Assembly: GCA_963692915.1 (NCBI GenBank)
Contig: OY843584.1
Coordinates: forward strand, 960,001 to 1,024,000
DNA length: 64,000 nucleotides
Origin: Cenarchaeum sp.
GTDB taxonomy: Archaea; Thermoproteota; Nitrososphaeria; Nitrososphaerales; Nitrosopumilaceae
Direction of reading: 5' to 3'
The notes under the pieces are model-generated. The model was not told where the DNA came from. It saw only the letters and a list, made by a program, of their open reading frames with translations, and did not search any database. Positions 1 to 9,432 of this stretch are shown here, piece after piece. Made by a program: the position numbers and the translations under genes. Positions within the stretch are counted from its first letter, which is position 1. Each line of letters starts with the position of its first letter.

Positions 1-274
1 TTGCTCCAGCATAGAGCTGATCAAGGGTGTGGCGTATAGGATAATTTCTTCCTTTAATTTCAATTACGCCAATATGTAATAATTCAGTGTGATGAAATAT
101 TATACAGTCGTTAATCACCCCAGTTTTCAATATACTTTTTTTGATTTGATCACAATTGAGAATTATGGAATTATTGCTAGAACGAAATTTGCAAGCGTGA
201 ATCTTGCTAGTGCTTCGACAACAATCATCTCTAAACACGCTCCACCGAGCAGGGAGTGAGAAAGGAGTCATCAT
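1..274 (-). CDS. PD-(D/E)xK-like nuclease, partial (runs off left edge); partner of the upstream ATPase
   Basis: Not in the ORF track. Manual translation from ATG at 274, which overlaps the ATPase stop (ATGA): MMTPFSLPARWSVFRDDCC...INDCIIFHHTELLHIGVIEIKGRNYPIRHTLDQLYAGA. Shows the D...ExK...QL pattern; AT-rich. Confidence 0.6.
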   Translation of the reverse strand, partial: MMTPFSLPARWSVFRDDCCRSTSKIHACKFRSSNNSIILNCDQIKKSILKTGVINDCIIFHHTELLHIGVIEIKGRNYPIRHTLDQLYAGA

Positions 275-1785
275 TGTTCAAGATATTGATCAATTTTCAG
301 ATCTTCTTCGTACATTATCTCTGTAACGCGGTTAAATTCATCTTGTGGTATTCCGTAAGCAGCAGAATGATCCATTTCGTGAATAGTGTAGCCCCCACAA
401 GAATCAGATTTAAATGTGTAAGGAGCAACATAATCATCGTCAATATAGTCGTTAACGTCATATCCAAGCTTTTTTCGTTGTTCGGGTTTTAATTTACTCA
501 TTTTTACAAACATGCTGAGTTGTTCAAGAAAGAACACACTATGAGTTGTCAAAAGCACGCACACGCCACTGTTAATTAATCTGATTATGTGTTTAGCTAG
601 CTTAGTTTGATTGGCCGGGTGCAAATGCGCTTCTGGTTCTTCAATAATTATCAGATCAGAATAGGGCAGTCTTTTCTGAATAAAAAGCTGTAGGGGGACG
701 GTTTCTGTTATGCTCGACGAGGATCTGTTTAGCGGAATATTTATGCCTTTAATTTTAAATGAAAATCGCGGCAGTCCGATTTTTTGTTTTGACACAGATA
801 TTCGACCTCCAAACATTTCCTCCATCATGGTAATGGCACTTTTTTGAGAAGCGGGCTGCTGTTTCCTAGTTGTTCCAATAAGAGATGCAATAAAGTCCGA
901 CACAACACCATTAAACTGTTCAATATGAAGGAGGTCAGCTCCCCCATATTTTGCACTTTGAATAATGCTCGATGCTATCGTATTGGATGAAGACAGTATT
1001 CCAGCACGTGCGGCAGGAAGATAATAAGATTTGTGTAAAGAGGTATCAAACGAGTATGACATATGTAGCATAAGAGATACCAATGCAGACAATCCCAGAT
1101 TAGTAGATAGTTTAAGATCGGGGGAAAGGAAATGTAAATCATCATAGACTAGCCTATCTATGAAATCTACATGGTTTTTTGGTTGTGTGTGATGATCATG
1201 AAGTTTTATGATTGGTGCAGATTTAGGAGAGTGTTTAACAGCATATTGAATGTTATGGGGACGGAGTTTTATTGCGGGTGGTTTTGTTTTAAATATAGAA
1301 ATTTTCGCCTCTATCGGATGTGTTACTTGAATTGTAGAAGAGCGGGATCCTATACGCACAAGATCACGTAATTCAGAGCTAAAATTAGTTTTAAGAGTGT
1401 TAAAAAAATGATTGCCAAAGATGTGTGTGAGAGTGAGATCATAAATTTTATTGGAATGGGCAACTGGCACTTTGGAAAGTTCTTTAGACCTAGGAGTAGA
1501 TGAAACAATCTTGTTCATGCCGCTAACCAACTTTTGAAATTGACTTTGTTTAGATTGAGTATTAAGCCAGTCTTCAAACCCCCACGGAAGTAAATTAGCA
1601 TCTGGGGAACCAAGTAGCGAGTGAGCCAGCGTGGCAGCATATGTCTTGCCCGAGTTGTTTGGGCCCACAAATATTGTCAGTGGCTTTATCTTGAACTTGC
1701 CCTTGGATATCGGGCCAAAATTGGTGATCTCTACCTCTAGGGGCACATACGGCTGTGCGGGAGCTGACACCTTTTTCTTGGCCAT
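271..1785 (-). CDS. ABC-family (AAA_15/AAA_21, AbiEii/OLD-like) ATPase
   Basis: NFGPI...TIFVGPNNSGKT Walker A, SSS signature-like segment, IIIEEPEAHLHP Walker B/D-loop, TTHS H-loop. Start placed at MAKKK (1785). Confidence 0.85.
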   Translation of the reverse strand: MAKKKVSAPAQPYVPLEVEITNFGPISKGKFKIKPLTIFVGPNNSGKTYAATLAHSLLGSPDANLLPWGFEDWLNTQSKQSQFQKLVSGMNKIVSSTPRSKELSKVPVAHSNKIYDLTLTHIFGNHFFNTLKTNFSSELRDLVRIGSRSSTIQVTHPIEAKISIFKTKPPAIKLRPHNIQYAVKHSPKSAPIIKLHDHHTQPKNHVDFIDRLVYDDLHFLSPDLKLSTNLGLSALVSLMLHMSYSFDTSLHKSYYLPAARAGILSSSNTIASSIIQSAKYGGADLLHIEQFNGVVSDFIASLIGTTRKQQPASQKSAITMMEEMFGGRISVSKQKIGLPRFSFKIKGINIPLNRSSSSITETVPLQLFIQKRLPYSDLIIIEEPEAHLHPANQTKLAKHIIRLINSGVCVLLTTHSVFFLEQLSMFVKMSKLKPEQRKKLGYDVNDYIDDDYVAPYTFKSDSCGGYTIHEMDHSAAYGIPQDEFNRVTEIMYEEDLKIDQYLEQ

Positions 1786-1893
1786 GACGCAGGAGCAAAC
1801 AGGGGGCACATTTATGAATTTAGCACATCCACGCCTAGCGCCCCCCACGCTAGGCAAGTTAGAAATAGACGGGGCACGAAGGCGTGGATCATC

Positions 1894-2922
1894 ATGGAAA
1901 AGATGCGCGCGATGGTGCTCAAAAAGTGCGCCCCCATCGAGACCAACCCGCTAGAGCTGACCGAGATATCACGCCACCGCGTGACTAGACCCGTCGACGT
2001 CCTTGTAAAGATAGATGCGTGCGGCGTGTGCCACTCGCAGCTCCACAGCATAGAGGGTGACTGGAAGGACCTAGGCATACCGCCAAGCCTTCCGACGGTG
2101 CCGGGCCACGAGGTCATCGGAACCGTCGTAGAGGTGGGCAACGACGTGGCAGCAATTGCAGTAGGCGACAGGGTCGGCATATCGCCGCTCCTCGAGTCGT
2201 GCCTGGCGTGCCGCTACTGCAACGAGGGCAAGGAGCAGCTCTGCGAGTCGATGAAGGTCCTCGGCGAGTCGATGAACGGTGGGTATGCCGAGTATGTCAC
2301 AGTCTCCGAAAGGTTTGCCACGCGCGTCCCGCAGACCATGAAGCCCTCGTATGCGGCACCGCTCTTTTGCGCCGGCGTGACTGCGTACGGCGCAGTCAGG
2401 GCGTGCGACGCAAAGGAGGGCGACAAGGTCGGCATATTCGGGATTGGCGGCGTTGGCCACATGGCAGTCCAGTTCGCAAAGAGAGAGGGCCTCGAGGTCA
2501 CGGCAGTCTCGCGCAACGCCGGACACCTCAGCGTGGCATCAAGACTCGGCGCCGACAGAACAGTCGGGTACTCGGGGAGGGATGCGACATCAACAGAGGT
2601 CGCCTCTCGCGGACACCTTGATTCTGCCATGGTCTTTGCGCCCAATGACGACGTCACGCGCGAGGCGCTCGCGTCGATAAAGAGGGGAGGAACACTCGTA
2701 GTCGCCACCGTGGGCGGCATTCCAGACTTTGTGGCATTTGAGGAAAAGACCGTGCGCGGCACGCTCATCGGATCGAGGGCAGACATGGCCAACGTTGTCA
2801 GGATTGCGCACGAGGACCACATCGAGGTCGTCCACGAGACGTTCCCCCTAGAGCGCGCAAACGAGGCGCTCCAAAAGCTAAAGAACTCGAGAGTCGAGGC
2901 GAGGGCCGTACTTGTCCCATAA
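1894..2922 (+). CDS. Zn-dependent alcohol dehydrogenase (MDR family, AdhP-like)
   Basis: CGVCHS, GHE, CxxCxxCx7C structural Zn site, GIGGVG Rossmann motif. Confidence 0.9.
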   Translation: MEKMRAMVLKKCAPIETNPLELTEISRHRVTRPVDVLVKIDACGVCHSQLHSIEGDWKDLGIPPSLPTVPGHEVIGTVVEVGNDVAAIAVGDRVGISPLLESCLACRYCNEGKEQLCESMKVLGESMNGGYAEYVTVSERFATRVPQTMKPSYAAPLFCAGVTAYGAVRACDAKEGDKVGIFGIGGVGHMAVQFAKREGLEVTAVSRNAGHLSVASRLGADRTVGYSGRDATSTEVASRGHLDSAMVFAPNDDVTREALASIKRGGTLVVATVGGIPDFVAFEEKTVRGTLIGSRADMANVVRIAHEDHIEVVHETFPLERANEALQKLKNSRVEARAVLVP

Positions 2923-3151
2923 GCCAGCGCGCGGCTCGCCGGCCGAGCGCATGCGAGAGGAGCTCGACGCGGTGCGCTCAAAGGCCAACGCGCTAGAGGC
3001 GGTGGCCACTGACGAGTTCCAGCTAGGCGTCGCGCGCGCGATTCGCGCCCTAGCCGAGCATCAGATCCACACGCTAGAGGAGAGCGAGCACCTCAAGAAG
3101 GCCATGGACCTGCTCCTAGAGCAGATCTTCAAGGCGCAGCGCAGGGACTAG
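2912..3151 (+). CDS. Small helical hypothetical protein
   Basis: 79-aa coiled-coil-like ORF overlapping the adh stop; host-like codon usage. Confidence 0.6.
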   Translation: MSHKPARGSPAERMREELDAVRSKANALEAVATDEFQLGVARAIRALAEHQIHTLEESEHLKKAMDLLLEQIFKAQRRD

Positions 3152-3155
3152 TGCG

Positions 3156-3605
3156 CTACCCGTGTATGTTTACCGTGACAGAGGCCCGTGCGGCCTCGCC
3201 GTCCCCCGATGCGCCCTCTGAGACGATGCGGTACGTTCCCGGATGGACCGGCGTTCCATCAGGGCGCCCCTGATCCCAGGTAAACTCTACAGAGTCGCGC
3301 GGCCCTAGTGGGCCGGCCGTGTCTTGCGGTGGTGCGGCATATACATGCGTGCCATCAAGGAGCATCACCTCGAGGCCATAGTGCGTCCCGTCGGCAAACT
3401 CGACAGTCACGCTTCCCGTGTTTATGAGCCTAGCATGGATATCCTCGCCGAGGCCATGGTCGGCGCTCTCCACTAGGAGCGACAGCGAGACGCCCTCGAC
3501 GTACACCGGTGCGGCATCGCGCGCATATGGCGACATTATCACGCCCAGTGCGGCCGCGACTGCGACACCGGCGGCCGTTGCGATCGCAAGTCCGCGCGGT
3601 ATCAC
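3156..3605 (-). CDS. Membrane-anchored Ig-like (BsuPI-like) protein
   Basis: N-terminal hydrophobic helix; LxPxxSVEFTWDQ...GTPVHPGTYRI motif; coupled to the cbf5 stop. Confidence 0.6.
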   Translation of the reverse strand: MIPRGLAIATAAGVAVAAALGVIMSPYARDAAPVYVEGVSLSLLVESADHGLGEDIHARLINTGSVTVEFADGTHYGLEVMLLDGTHVYAAPPQDTAGPLGPRDSVEFTWDQGRPDGTPVHPGTYRIVSEGASGDGEAARASVTVNIHG

Positions 3606-4702
3606 GTGGTGGCGCCTCCGGCCTCGGCGGCAGGCTCGCGCGTGCCGTCCGGCTCGCCGTCCCCTGCGCCATCCGGTGCGCCGTCACTTGGGCTGGCCGG
3701 CTCGCCGTCTTTAGTCGTCGTGCGCGTGCGCCATTGCTTGGGGTACGTGCCGGGCTTCATTATGATCCTGTTTGTGCGAAACGCGTTTCCGTGCGAGGCA
3801 TCGGCAATCTCGCGCGCTCCAAGCTCGGCAGAGGCGAGGGCGACGACCTCGCCCTTTTGCGTGTATACTCCCACCGTGTCCCCCGCGTGGAGGTCAGATG
3901 AGACGCGCAGGACCCCGGGAACGGCAAGCTGTGCGCCATGGCACAGCGCGTCGACTGCCGAGTCGCGAATGACGACGGACTTTAGGCCCTCAAAGGTGTC
4001 CTCGACCGGACGGATCATGCGCACGAGGCGCGCAGAGTCGCCACTCTCCTTCCACCTCGCGTGCGCGTCGGCGAGCTCGTGCATCGTGACGAGGCCGCAC
4101 GTGCGCTCCTCAAAGTGGTCCACGCGAGTGCGGCGCAGCTCTATCATTGTCGCGCCGGGGCCCATGAGCTCCCCCATGTCATAGAATAGCTTGCGTATGT
4201 ACGTGCCGGCCTCGCACACGACGCGCAGCAGCGCAAGCTGGCCGCGCCGCTCGAGGAGGTCCATCTCGTGGATCGTGCGCGTGCGCGTGCGCCTGCTCAC
4301 CGCAGAGCGTTGCGGCGGCTTTTGGTATATCTCGCCGGTGAACAGGGCCATCGTTTCTTCGAGTGAGTGCTTGCCCTCGCCGTGGATGCGCCCTAGCGCA
4401 TGGTACTCCTTTGGCCCGAGGAGGAGGACGCCGAGGGCCTTTGTCGCCTCGCCGAGGCCCAGCGGCAGGACGCCGGAGACCTGCGGATCCAGCGTGCCGC
4501 TGTGGCCGATCTTTGGCAGGTCGAGCATGCGCTTTGTCCACGCGACGACCTCGTGGCTAGTCGGCCCCGGTGGCTTGTCAAGGAGTATGAGGCCATAGTC
4601 GAGCATCTGCTCGACTGTCCTTGACTCTGGCCTCGTCCCGTACGATTCGTCCGTCTCGTCCTCGTCGATGACCATGAGGCCCTCGAGGCGCGACGGGCTC
4701 AA
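3602..4702 (-). CDS. cbf5: H/ACA RNA-guided pseudouridine synthase Cbf5
   Basis: LDKPPGPTSHEV, GHSGTLDP, GTYIRKL, PUA domain; acidic low-complexity tail. Confidence 0.95.
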   Translation of the reverse strand: MSPSRLEGLMVIDEDETDESYGTRPESRTVEQMLDYGLILLDKPPGPTSHEVVAWTKRMLDLPKIGHSGTLDPQVSGVLPLGLGEATKALGVLLLGPKEYHALGRIHGEGKHSLEETMALFTGEIYQKPPQRSAVSRRTRTRTIHEMDLLERRGQLALLRVVCEAGTYIRKLFYDMGELMGPGATMIELRRTRVDHFEERTCGLVTMHELADAHARWKESGDSARLVRMIRPVEDTFEGLKSVVIRDSAVDALCHGAQLAVPGVLRVSSDLHAGDTVGVYTQKGEVVALASAELGAREIADASHGNAFRTNRIIMKPGTYPKQWRTRTTTKDGEPASPSDGAPDGAGDGEPDGTREPAAEAGGATT

Positions 4703-5256
4703 GCGTGCGCCTCCACTGCGCGCACGGCCGCCTCGATGACTGCGTCGGCGTCAAGCGAGTCCGTCTGTATCACGCTGTCAAAGACTGACAGGTCGGCCCC
4801 AAAGTCAAACCCATAGAGGCGCTTGTAGAGGGCGACGTTGGACCTGTAACGCCTCTGCGTGACGGCGAGGGCCTCGTCGTGGTCCATGCTGTCGCGCGCT
4901 CTCATGCGCCTGGCGCTGCTCTCATGCGAGCCGGCAAGCCATATCTTTGTCCCGTCCTTTACGAGCCAGGGGAGCGTATAGCTCGTGATGACTGCGCCGC
5001 CGGCATCAAATATCTCGGCGAGCCGGCCGTCGACCTCGCGGTCAAACTTGTCATCGTGCATGCGCTGCTCAAGAAACGCCATGCCCTCTGGCCTGTCCCA
5101 CCAGTCATCGCCGCCGCCAGCCGAGCCGCTGCGCTGCGCTATCTCCTTGAGGACATCGCCGCCGCTCACGTGGCGCATGCCGAACTTGCTGGCGAGGGCG
5201 AGGGCGACTGTGGTCTTTCCGACAGCGGGCGGGCCTGAAATCACTATGGATCTCAT
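4699..5256 (-). CDS. cmk: Archaeal cytidylate kinase
   Basis: ISGPPAVGKTT P-loop; conserved position between DUF106 and cbf5. Confidence 0.9.
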   Translation of the reverse strand: MRSIVISGPPAVGKTTVALALASKFGMRHVSGGDVLKEIAQRSGSAGGGDDWWDRPEGMAFLEQRMHDDKFDREVDGRLAEIFDAGGAVITSYTLPWLVKDGTKIWLAGSHESSARRMRARDSMDHDEALAVTQRRYRSNVALYKRLYGFDFGADLSVFDSVIQTDSLDADAVIEAAVRAVEAHA

Positions 5257-5879
5257 CAGCCCATTTCCATCGACGTCTTTGTCAACTTCATGATAATGCC
5301 GCTAAAGGCGACAGATGACAAAAAGTACCACGCCCAGAAATAGACGGCGTTCTCCTCCTCACAGACGTGTTCTGGATCGGTGGCCTGTTCGGCGGTGCAC
5401 GTGAGCTGGAAGAAATCGCCCGGTATGACGTTTAGCGGTATTGGCGAGAGCGCGACGGTGAATGAGAAGAGCGGCGGGAGGACAAAGTAGAATATGAGGA
5501 TGAGCGGGACAAACGTTATCATCATTGGACGCATGTTCATCTGCATCATCTCCATGTTGAGCTTGCTCATGTAAGAGGACTTTTTTGAGAGGTCTGCGAG
5601 CTTTTTCTCGTCCTTTGCGCGAAAGGCCGCCATGCGCTCCTTTTGCCATGCGCGCGTCTCGCGCATTATCCGCTTTAGCTTTGACTGGTCAACGAGCTTT
5701 CTGCGTATGAACGCGTTGAACATGTTTAGCATGATCGCAAAGCCGAGTATGCCGCCCATCGAGGCCACCGTGCCGCGAATGAGCGGATCCGCACTGCCGA
5801 GTGGCCCGCCCGAAGACACGCCAAAGAGATCCCCCTGGAGCGCAAAGTGCGAGAGTGCCATGATGACTCCCTCTAGCAT
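5256..5879 (-). CDS. EMC3/TMCO1 (DUF106) membrane insertase family protein
   Basis: TM, coiled coil, MRPMMITFVP, WYFLSS; conserved position after adk. Confidence 0.9.
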   Translation of the reverse strand: MLEGVIMALSHFALQGDLFGVSSGGPLGSADPLIRGTVASMGGILGFAIMLNMFNAFIRRKLVDQSKLKRIMRETRAWQKERMAAFRAKDEKKLADLSKKSSYMSKLNMEMMQMNMRPMMITFVPLILIFYFVLPPLFSFTVALSPIPLNVIPGDFFQLTCTAEQATDPEHVCEEENAVYFWAWYFLSSVAFSGIIMKLTKTSMEMG

Positions 5880-6457
5880 AGCAGACCCACGCTCCTGAGG
5901 ATCGCCTCGGCGGCCTCGGCGGCCTGGCCGTCGGCGTTAAAGACGGGCATCACCGGCGAGCCCGAATGGACCGAGCATGCCGAGAGCATGGCGTCCTGTA
6001 TGGCAAGCTCGCGCTTTATGCCCGATATCGAGTTCCGGTCGCGCGTGCGCGACGTGTCGCTCTCACGGCGGCTGAATATCCTCTCTGGCTTTGCAGTCAG
6101 CGAGATGAGGTGCGTGGGCCGCACAATGTCGAGGATCGGCGAGGGGAGGCCCGGATAGTAGCCTGAGGGCGTGGCGATGAAGGCGTGCGTGTCTATGACG
6201 ACGACCTCGGAGGCTATGCGCGCTATCGACTTTGCGGCCTCGCGCTGCAGGAGCTCCTGCTCGTCGCGGCCCTCCTTGCGAAGCTCGTCACGGTCGTCGA
6301 TTCCGCGCTTTTGCGCCTGCTCTAGCATCTCGGTCCCAAAGCTCACAACGCGCACGTCCTTGTCCATGCTCTTTAGAATCCTGACGACGTGTTCGACTAC
6401 GGTGGTCTTGCCCACGCCTGGTATTCCCACGATCACCACCCGCCTAGTGCCGTCCAA
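5873..6457 (-). CDS. adkA: Archaeal adenylate kinase
   Basis: GIPGVGKTT, DRDELRK, IDTH, GYYPGLP. TTG start at 6457 overlaps the secY end. Confidence 0.92.
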   Translation of the reverse strand: MDGTRRVVIVGIPGVGKTTVVEHVVRILKSMDKDVRVVSFGTEMLEQAQKRGIDDRDELRKEGRDEQELLQREAAKSIARIASEVVVIDTHAFIATPSGYYPGLPSPILDIVRPTHLISLTAKPERIFSRRESDTSRTRDRNSISGIKRELAIQDAMLSACSVHSGSPVMPVFNADGQAAEAAEAILRSVGLLC

Positions 6458-7874
6458 GTATAGCACCGAGCCTTGGCATGACAACCTCGACTTGTTCGCG
6501 GACGAGCTGGTTGTAATAGTTGATGAGAATGTCGACCATGAGTAGCACGCCGATTCCGGATCCAAACACGCCAAGAACGTCAGATATGCCGGCGAGGAGC
6601 CCGAGTATGACAGAGCCGAGTATGGTGACTGACGGGATGTACTTGTTCAATAGCGCCTCCACTGGCTTGTTTGAGCGGCGGAATCCCGGTATCTGCACGT
6701 CGGCATCAAGGAGGTTCTTGGCCGCGCTGCGCGGCGAGAGGCCGCCGAGCTCGACCCAGAGGCGGCCAAATATTACGACAATGCCGACCATAAAGAGCAC
6801 ATAGAGCACGGCGCGCGACGGGTCGAGGGCCGCAATGTCCAGGCCGCGTGGCGGCGTGACATAGTAGACCAGACCCCCGATCGGCGTTGACGGGTTTGTC
6901 GGGTCAAACTGCGCAAGGAGGTTCATAAACACATTATTGTTGAGGGGATTGGCGTTTGCCCATAATATCTGCCCGATAAACACGGCGTTTGCCGTAAGCG
7001 CAGAGGCGAGTATGACAGGGATGTTTGAGACGTACATTAGCTTTATCGGGTAGACTGCCGAAAAGCCCCTGTACTTTGTCGAGACTATGGGGATCTCGAC
7101 CTTCATGCCCTGCGTGTAGACAAGTATGAGCAGGACGATTCCTGTGAGAATGAGGCCAAATATGCTTGGCAACTGGTTTGATCTAAAGAACACGTCAGAG
7201 AGGTCGCCGGCGGCAATTGACTGGCCGAGGAAAGGTATGATTCCGATAGTCCCGCCGTCGCCGGCCGGCAGCGGGCTGAAGAGGCTCCAGAGTATCTGCT
7301 GGGCGACTCCGGCCATGATAAAGAGGCTGATTCCGCTTCCGAGGCCCCATCCCTTCTGGATGAGCTCGTCAAGAAACATGATGATCACCGAGGCTGCCAT
7401 GAGCTGTCCCACGAGGATATAGAGGACGTTGGGGTCAGTTATGCCGGGGCCGTACACGGCAATGCCATACACTATGGACTCGGCTACGATAACAACATAG
7501 GTCACAAGCTTTGTGGCCGTCTGAAAGACACCACGCTCCTCGGGTTTTTTAAAGTTGAACTTTATGATCTCTGATCCGCGCAATAGCTGCATGAGCAGGC
7601 CGGCCGTGACTATGGGGCCGATGCCAAGCTCGACGAGGGTGCCCTGCTGCGACGCAAATATCACGCGCGCAAACGCCAAAAAGTCAAACTCGGGCGTCGT
7701 CGCGCCAAAGAGCGGCGTCTGAGCCATGACCATGTAGATGAGGAGCGCAAGGCCTGACCAGAGGAGCCTAGACTGGAGCGGGAGCTTGCGCTTTGGCTTT
7801 GGAACCTGCGGCAGGTACGGCTCGGCGACTGCCACGACGCGGTATATTGTGGAGGTGAGTGACCCCTCAGCCAT
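6444..7874 (-). CDS. secY: Preprotein translocase SecY (Sec61alpha)
   Basis: ELGIGPIVTAG, GWGLGSGISLFI, YPIKLMYVSNIPVIL, IPGFRR; start MAEGS at 7874. Confidence 0.97.
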   Translation of the reverse strand: MAEGSLTSTIYRVVAVAEPYLPQVPKPKRKLPLQSRLLWSGLALLIYMVMAQTPLFGATTPEFDFLAFARVIFASQQGTLVELGIGPIVTAGLLMQLLRGSEIIKFNFKKPEERGVFQTATKLVTYVVIVAESIVYGIAVYGPGITDPNVLYILVGQLMAASVIIMFLDELIQKGWGLGSGISLFIMAGVAQQILWSLFSPLPAGDGGTIGIIPFLGQSIAAGDLSDVFFRSNQLPSIFGLILTGIVLLILVYTQGMKVEIPIVSTKYRGFSAVYPIKLMYVSNIPVILASALTANAVFIGQILWANANPLNNNVFMNLLAQFDPTNPSTPIGGLVYYVTPPRGLDIAALDPSRAVLYVLFMVGIVVIFGRLWVELGGLSPRSAAKNLLDADVQIPGFRRSNKPVEALLNKYIPSVTILGSVILGLLAGISDVLGVFGSGIGVLLMVDILINYYNQLVREQVEVVMPRLGAILGRH

Positions 7875-8328
7875 CCTCGTCCACCGTGCCGCCGGACTGT
7901 GCCCCTGTGTCCTGCGAGACAATCTCGCCGCCGGCGTCGCCGACCTTTTTGGCCGCAGACGGCGTAAACCTGTCGACGATGACGGCGTACGCGCCCTGAA
8001 CAGAACCGCCGCCTAGGAGCTTTTCATATCCGCCGGCGCGCAGGTCAACTATGCGCTTGCCGCCCTCCTCGCGGCCATGGTGCGCATAGAGATCCCCGAG
8101 ATCCCGCACGGATGCCCACTTTTTGGCGTCATTCGAGTATGGTGGGTGCGTCGAGTCATGGCCAAAGTGGTCGGGATCGTCGCGCAGCATAGAGCTAAAG
8201 TGGTGCTTTAGCTGCCCTGATGCGCCAAGGCCGCCCTTGTGGCCGCTGGCCCTGTGCTGTCCAACCTGGCCCCAGCCGTGCGTGCGCGACCCTCGAAGCT
8301 TTCTTGTCTTGCGCATCCTTGTGGCCAT
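7867..8328 (-). CDS. rpl15: 50S ribosomal protein uL15
   Basis: RKLRGSRTHGWG, KLLGGG; position before secY. Confidence 0.95.
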   Translation of the reverse strand: MATRMRKTRKLRGSRTHGWGQVGQHRASGHKGGLGASGQLKHHFSSMLRDDPDHFGHDSTHPPYSNDAKKWASVRDLGDLYAHHGREEGGKRIVDLRAGGYEKLLGGGSVQGAYAVIVDRFTPSAAKKVGDAGGEIVSQDTGAQSGGTVDEDG

Positions 8329-8330
8329 GT

Positions 8331-8798
8331 CTATCCCATCATCCTCCGCACAATCTCCTCGAGGTCGGGGTTTTTGCCGAGTATGCCGTTCTGGCCGCGC
8401 ATCTTTTTTGTGCTCCGCCTAAACCCATGGCGCGGCGGGGCCAGCGCAAACCACGGCTTGAGGCCCTTGACGTTGCGCATGGACACGCTTCCGGAGGCGA
8501 GGGACTCGGCGAGCTCCGTGGTGCTCGTGTATCCCTCTGGCATTGGGCCGCCCTCGAGCCGGCGGTAGCCGCTCGTGTGGCCGCGCGAGTCGAGGAGCTC
8601 GCGCGTGAGATCAGCATTTGCGTCGGTCCAGGAGACATAGTGCTTTACCTTGTTTAGCATGCCCAGCGTGTTCTCGCGTGCCGGAACTATGGTCGCGCGG
8701 AACTTTTTCTCGAGGCGGAGGAGCTCGAGCGTGCGCGATGCCCAGTGCGGCACGTCGGCCTGCCCCTTTATTCGAACCACGAGATACGCTCCTGCCAC
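8331..8798 (-). CDS. rpl30: 50S ribosomal protein uL30
   Basis: VVRIKG, TLELLRL, KPWFALAPPRHGF. Confidence 0.95.
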   Translation of the reverse strand: MAGAYLVVRIKGQADVPHWASRTLELLRLEKKFRATIVPARENTLGMLNKVKHYVSWTDANADLTRELLDSRGHTSGYRRLEGGPMPEGYTSTTELAESLASGSVSMRNVKGLKPWFALAPPRHGFRRSTKKMRGQNGILGKNPDLEEIVRRMMG

Positions 8799-8805
8799 TA
8801 TACCA

Positions 8806-9432
8806 TCAACCCTGGCTGAACGTCTGCCTAAGGCACGCGAGGAGCGCCTTTGACGTTGACGTCATTGTTGTCGTTGAGCCCTTTGCCGATGTCCACGCGT
8901 CCTTTAGGCCGGCGAGCTCGAGCAGTCGGCGCATCTTGCCGCCTGCGACGAGGCCGAGACCGCGCGGTGCGGGAAATATCTCGATCGTCACGCTGCCCCC
9001 GCGTCCGCGCACCTTGAATGGTATCGAGTGGTTCTGGTCACACCTGCACTCCCAGCTCCCGCATCCCAGCCTTATTGGGCTGACATTGAGGTATGCGTGG
9101 CTCGTCGCCTTTTCTATGGCGACGCGTATCTGCTTTGACTTGCCCTGACCTATTCCAAGCCAGCCATTAGAGTTACCGGCTGCGACTATTGCCTTGAAGC
9201 GCGTTGACTGGCCGTTGGCAGTCATCTTTTGTATGATTCCAACATCGACGACCTCGGTCTCAAGGTCAGGGAGGAGCTTTTTGATGATGCCGGCCTCCTG
9301 TATGCGCAGGCCGGACTCGAGTATCTCCTCCATCGAGGTGACCTCGCCGGCGGCCACGCGCTTTCCAAGCGAGGTCTTTGGAACCCACGGCTCCTCCTCC
9401 TCGCGCGAACGTCTCTGCTGTGGGCGATTCAG
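8806..9432 (-). CDS. rps5: 30S ribosomal protein uS5 (probable CTG start)
   Basis: GCGSWECRC, PAPRGLGLVAG. The conserved N-terminal EEEPWVPKTSLG lies upstream of the GTG at 9357. In-frame CTG at 9432 overlaps the rpl18 stop and follows GAGGTG. Confidence 0.93.
   Translation of the reverse strand: MNRPQQRRSREEEEPWVPKTSLGKRVAAGEVTSMEEILESGLRIQEAGIIKKLLPDLETEVVDVGIIQKMTANGQSTRFKAIVAAGNSNGWLGIGQGKSKQIRVAIEKATSHAYLNVSPIRLGCGSWECRCDQNHSIPFKVRGRGGSVTIEIFPAPRGLGLVAGGKMRRLLELAGLKDAWTSAKGSTTTMTSTSKALLACLRQTFSQG

Noticed and set aside
40-70. Suspected frameshift in the partial nuclease ORF
   Set aside because: Careful re-reading gives an intact frame (GVIEIKGRNY)
3602-3720. Low-complexity C-terminal tails on Cbf5 (also Mrp and Rpo7)
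   Set aside because: Disordered tails are common and show no shared motif
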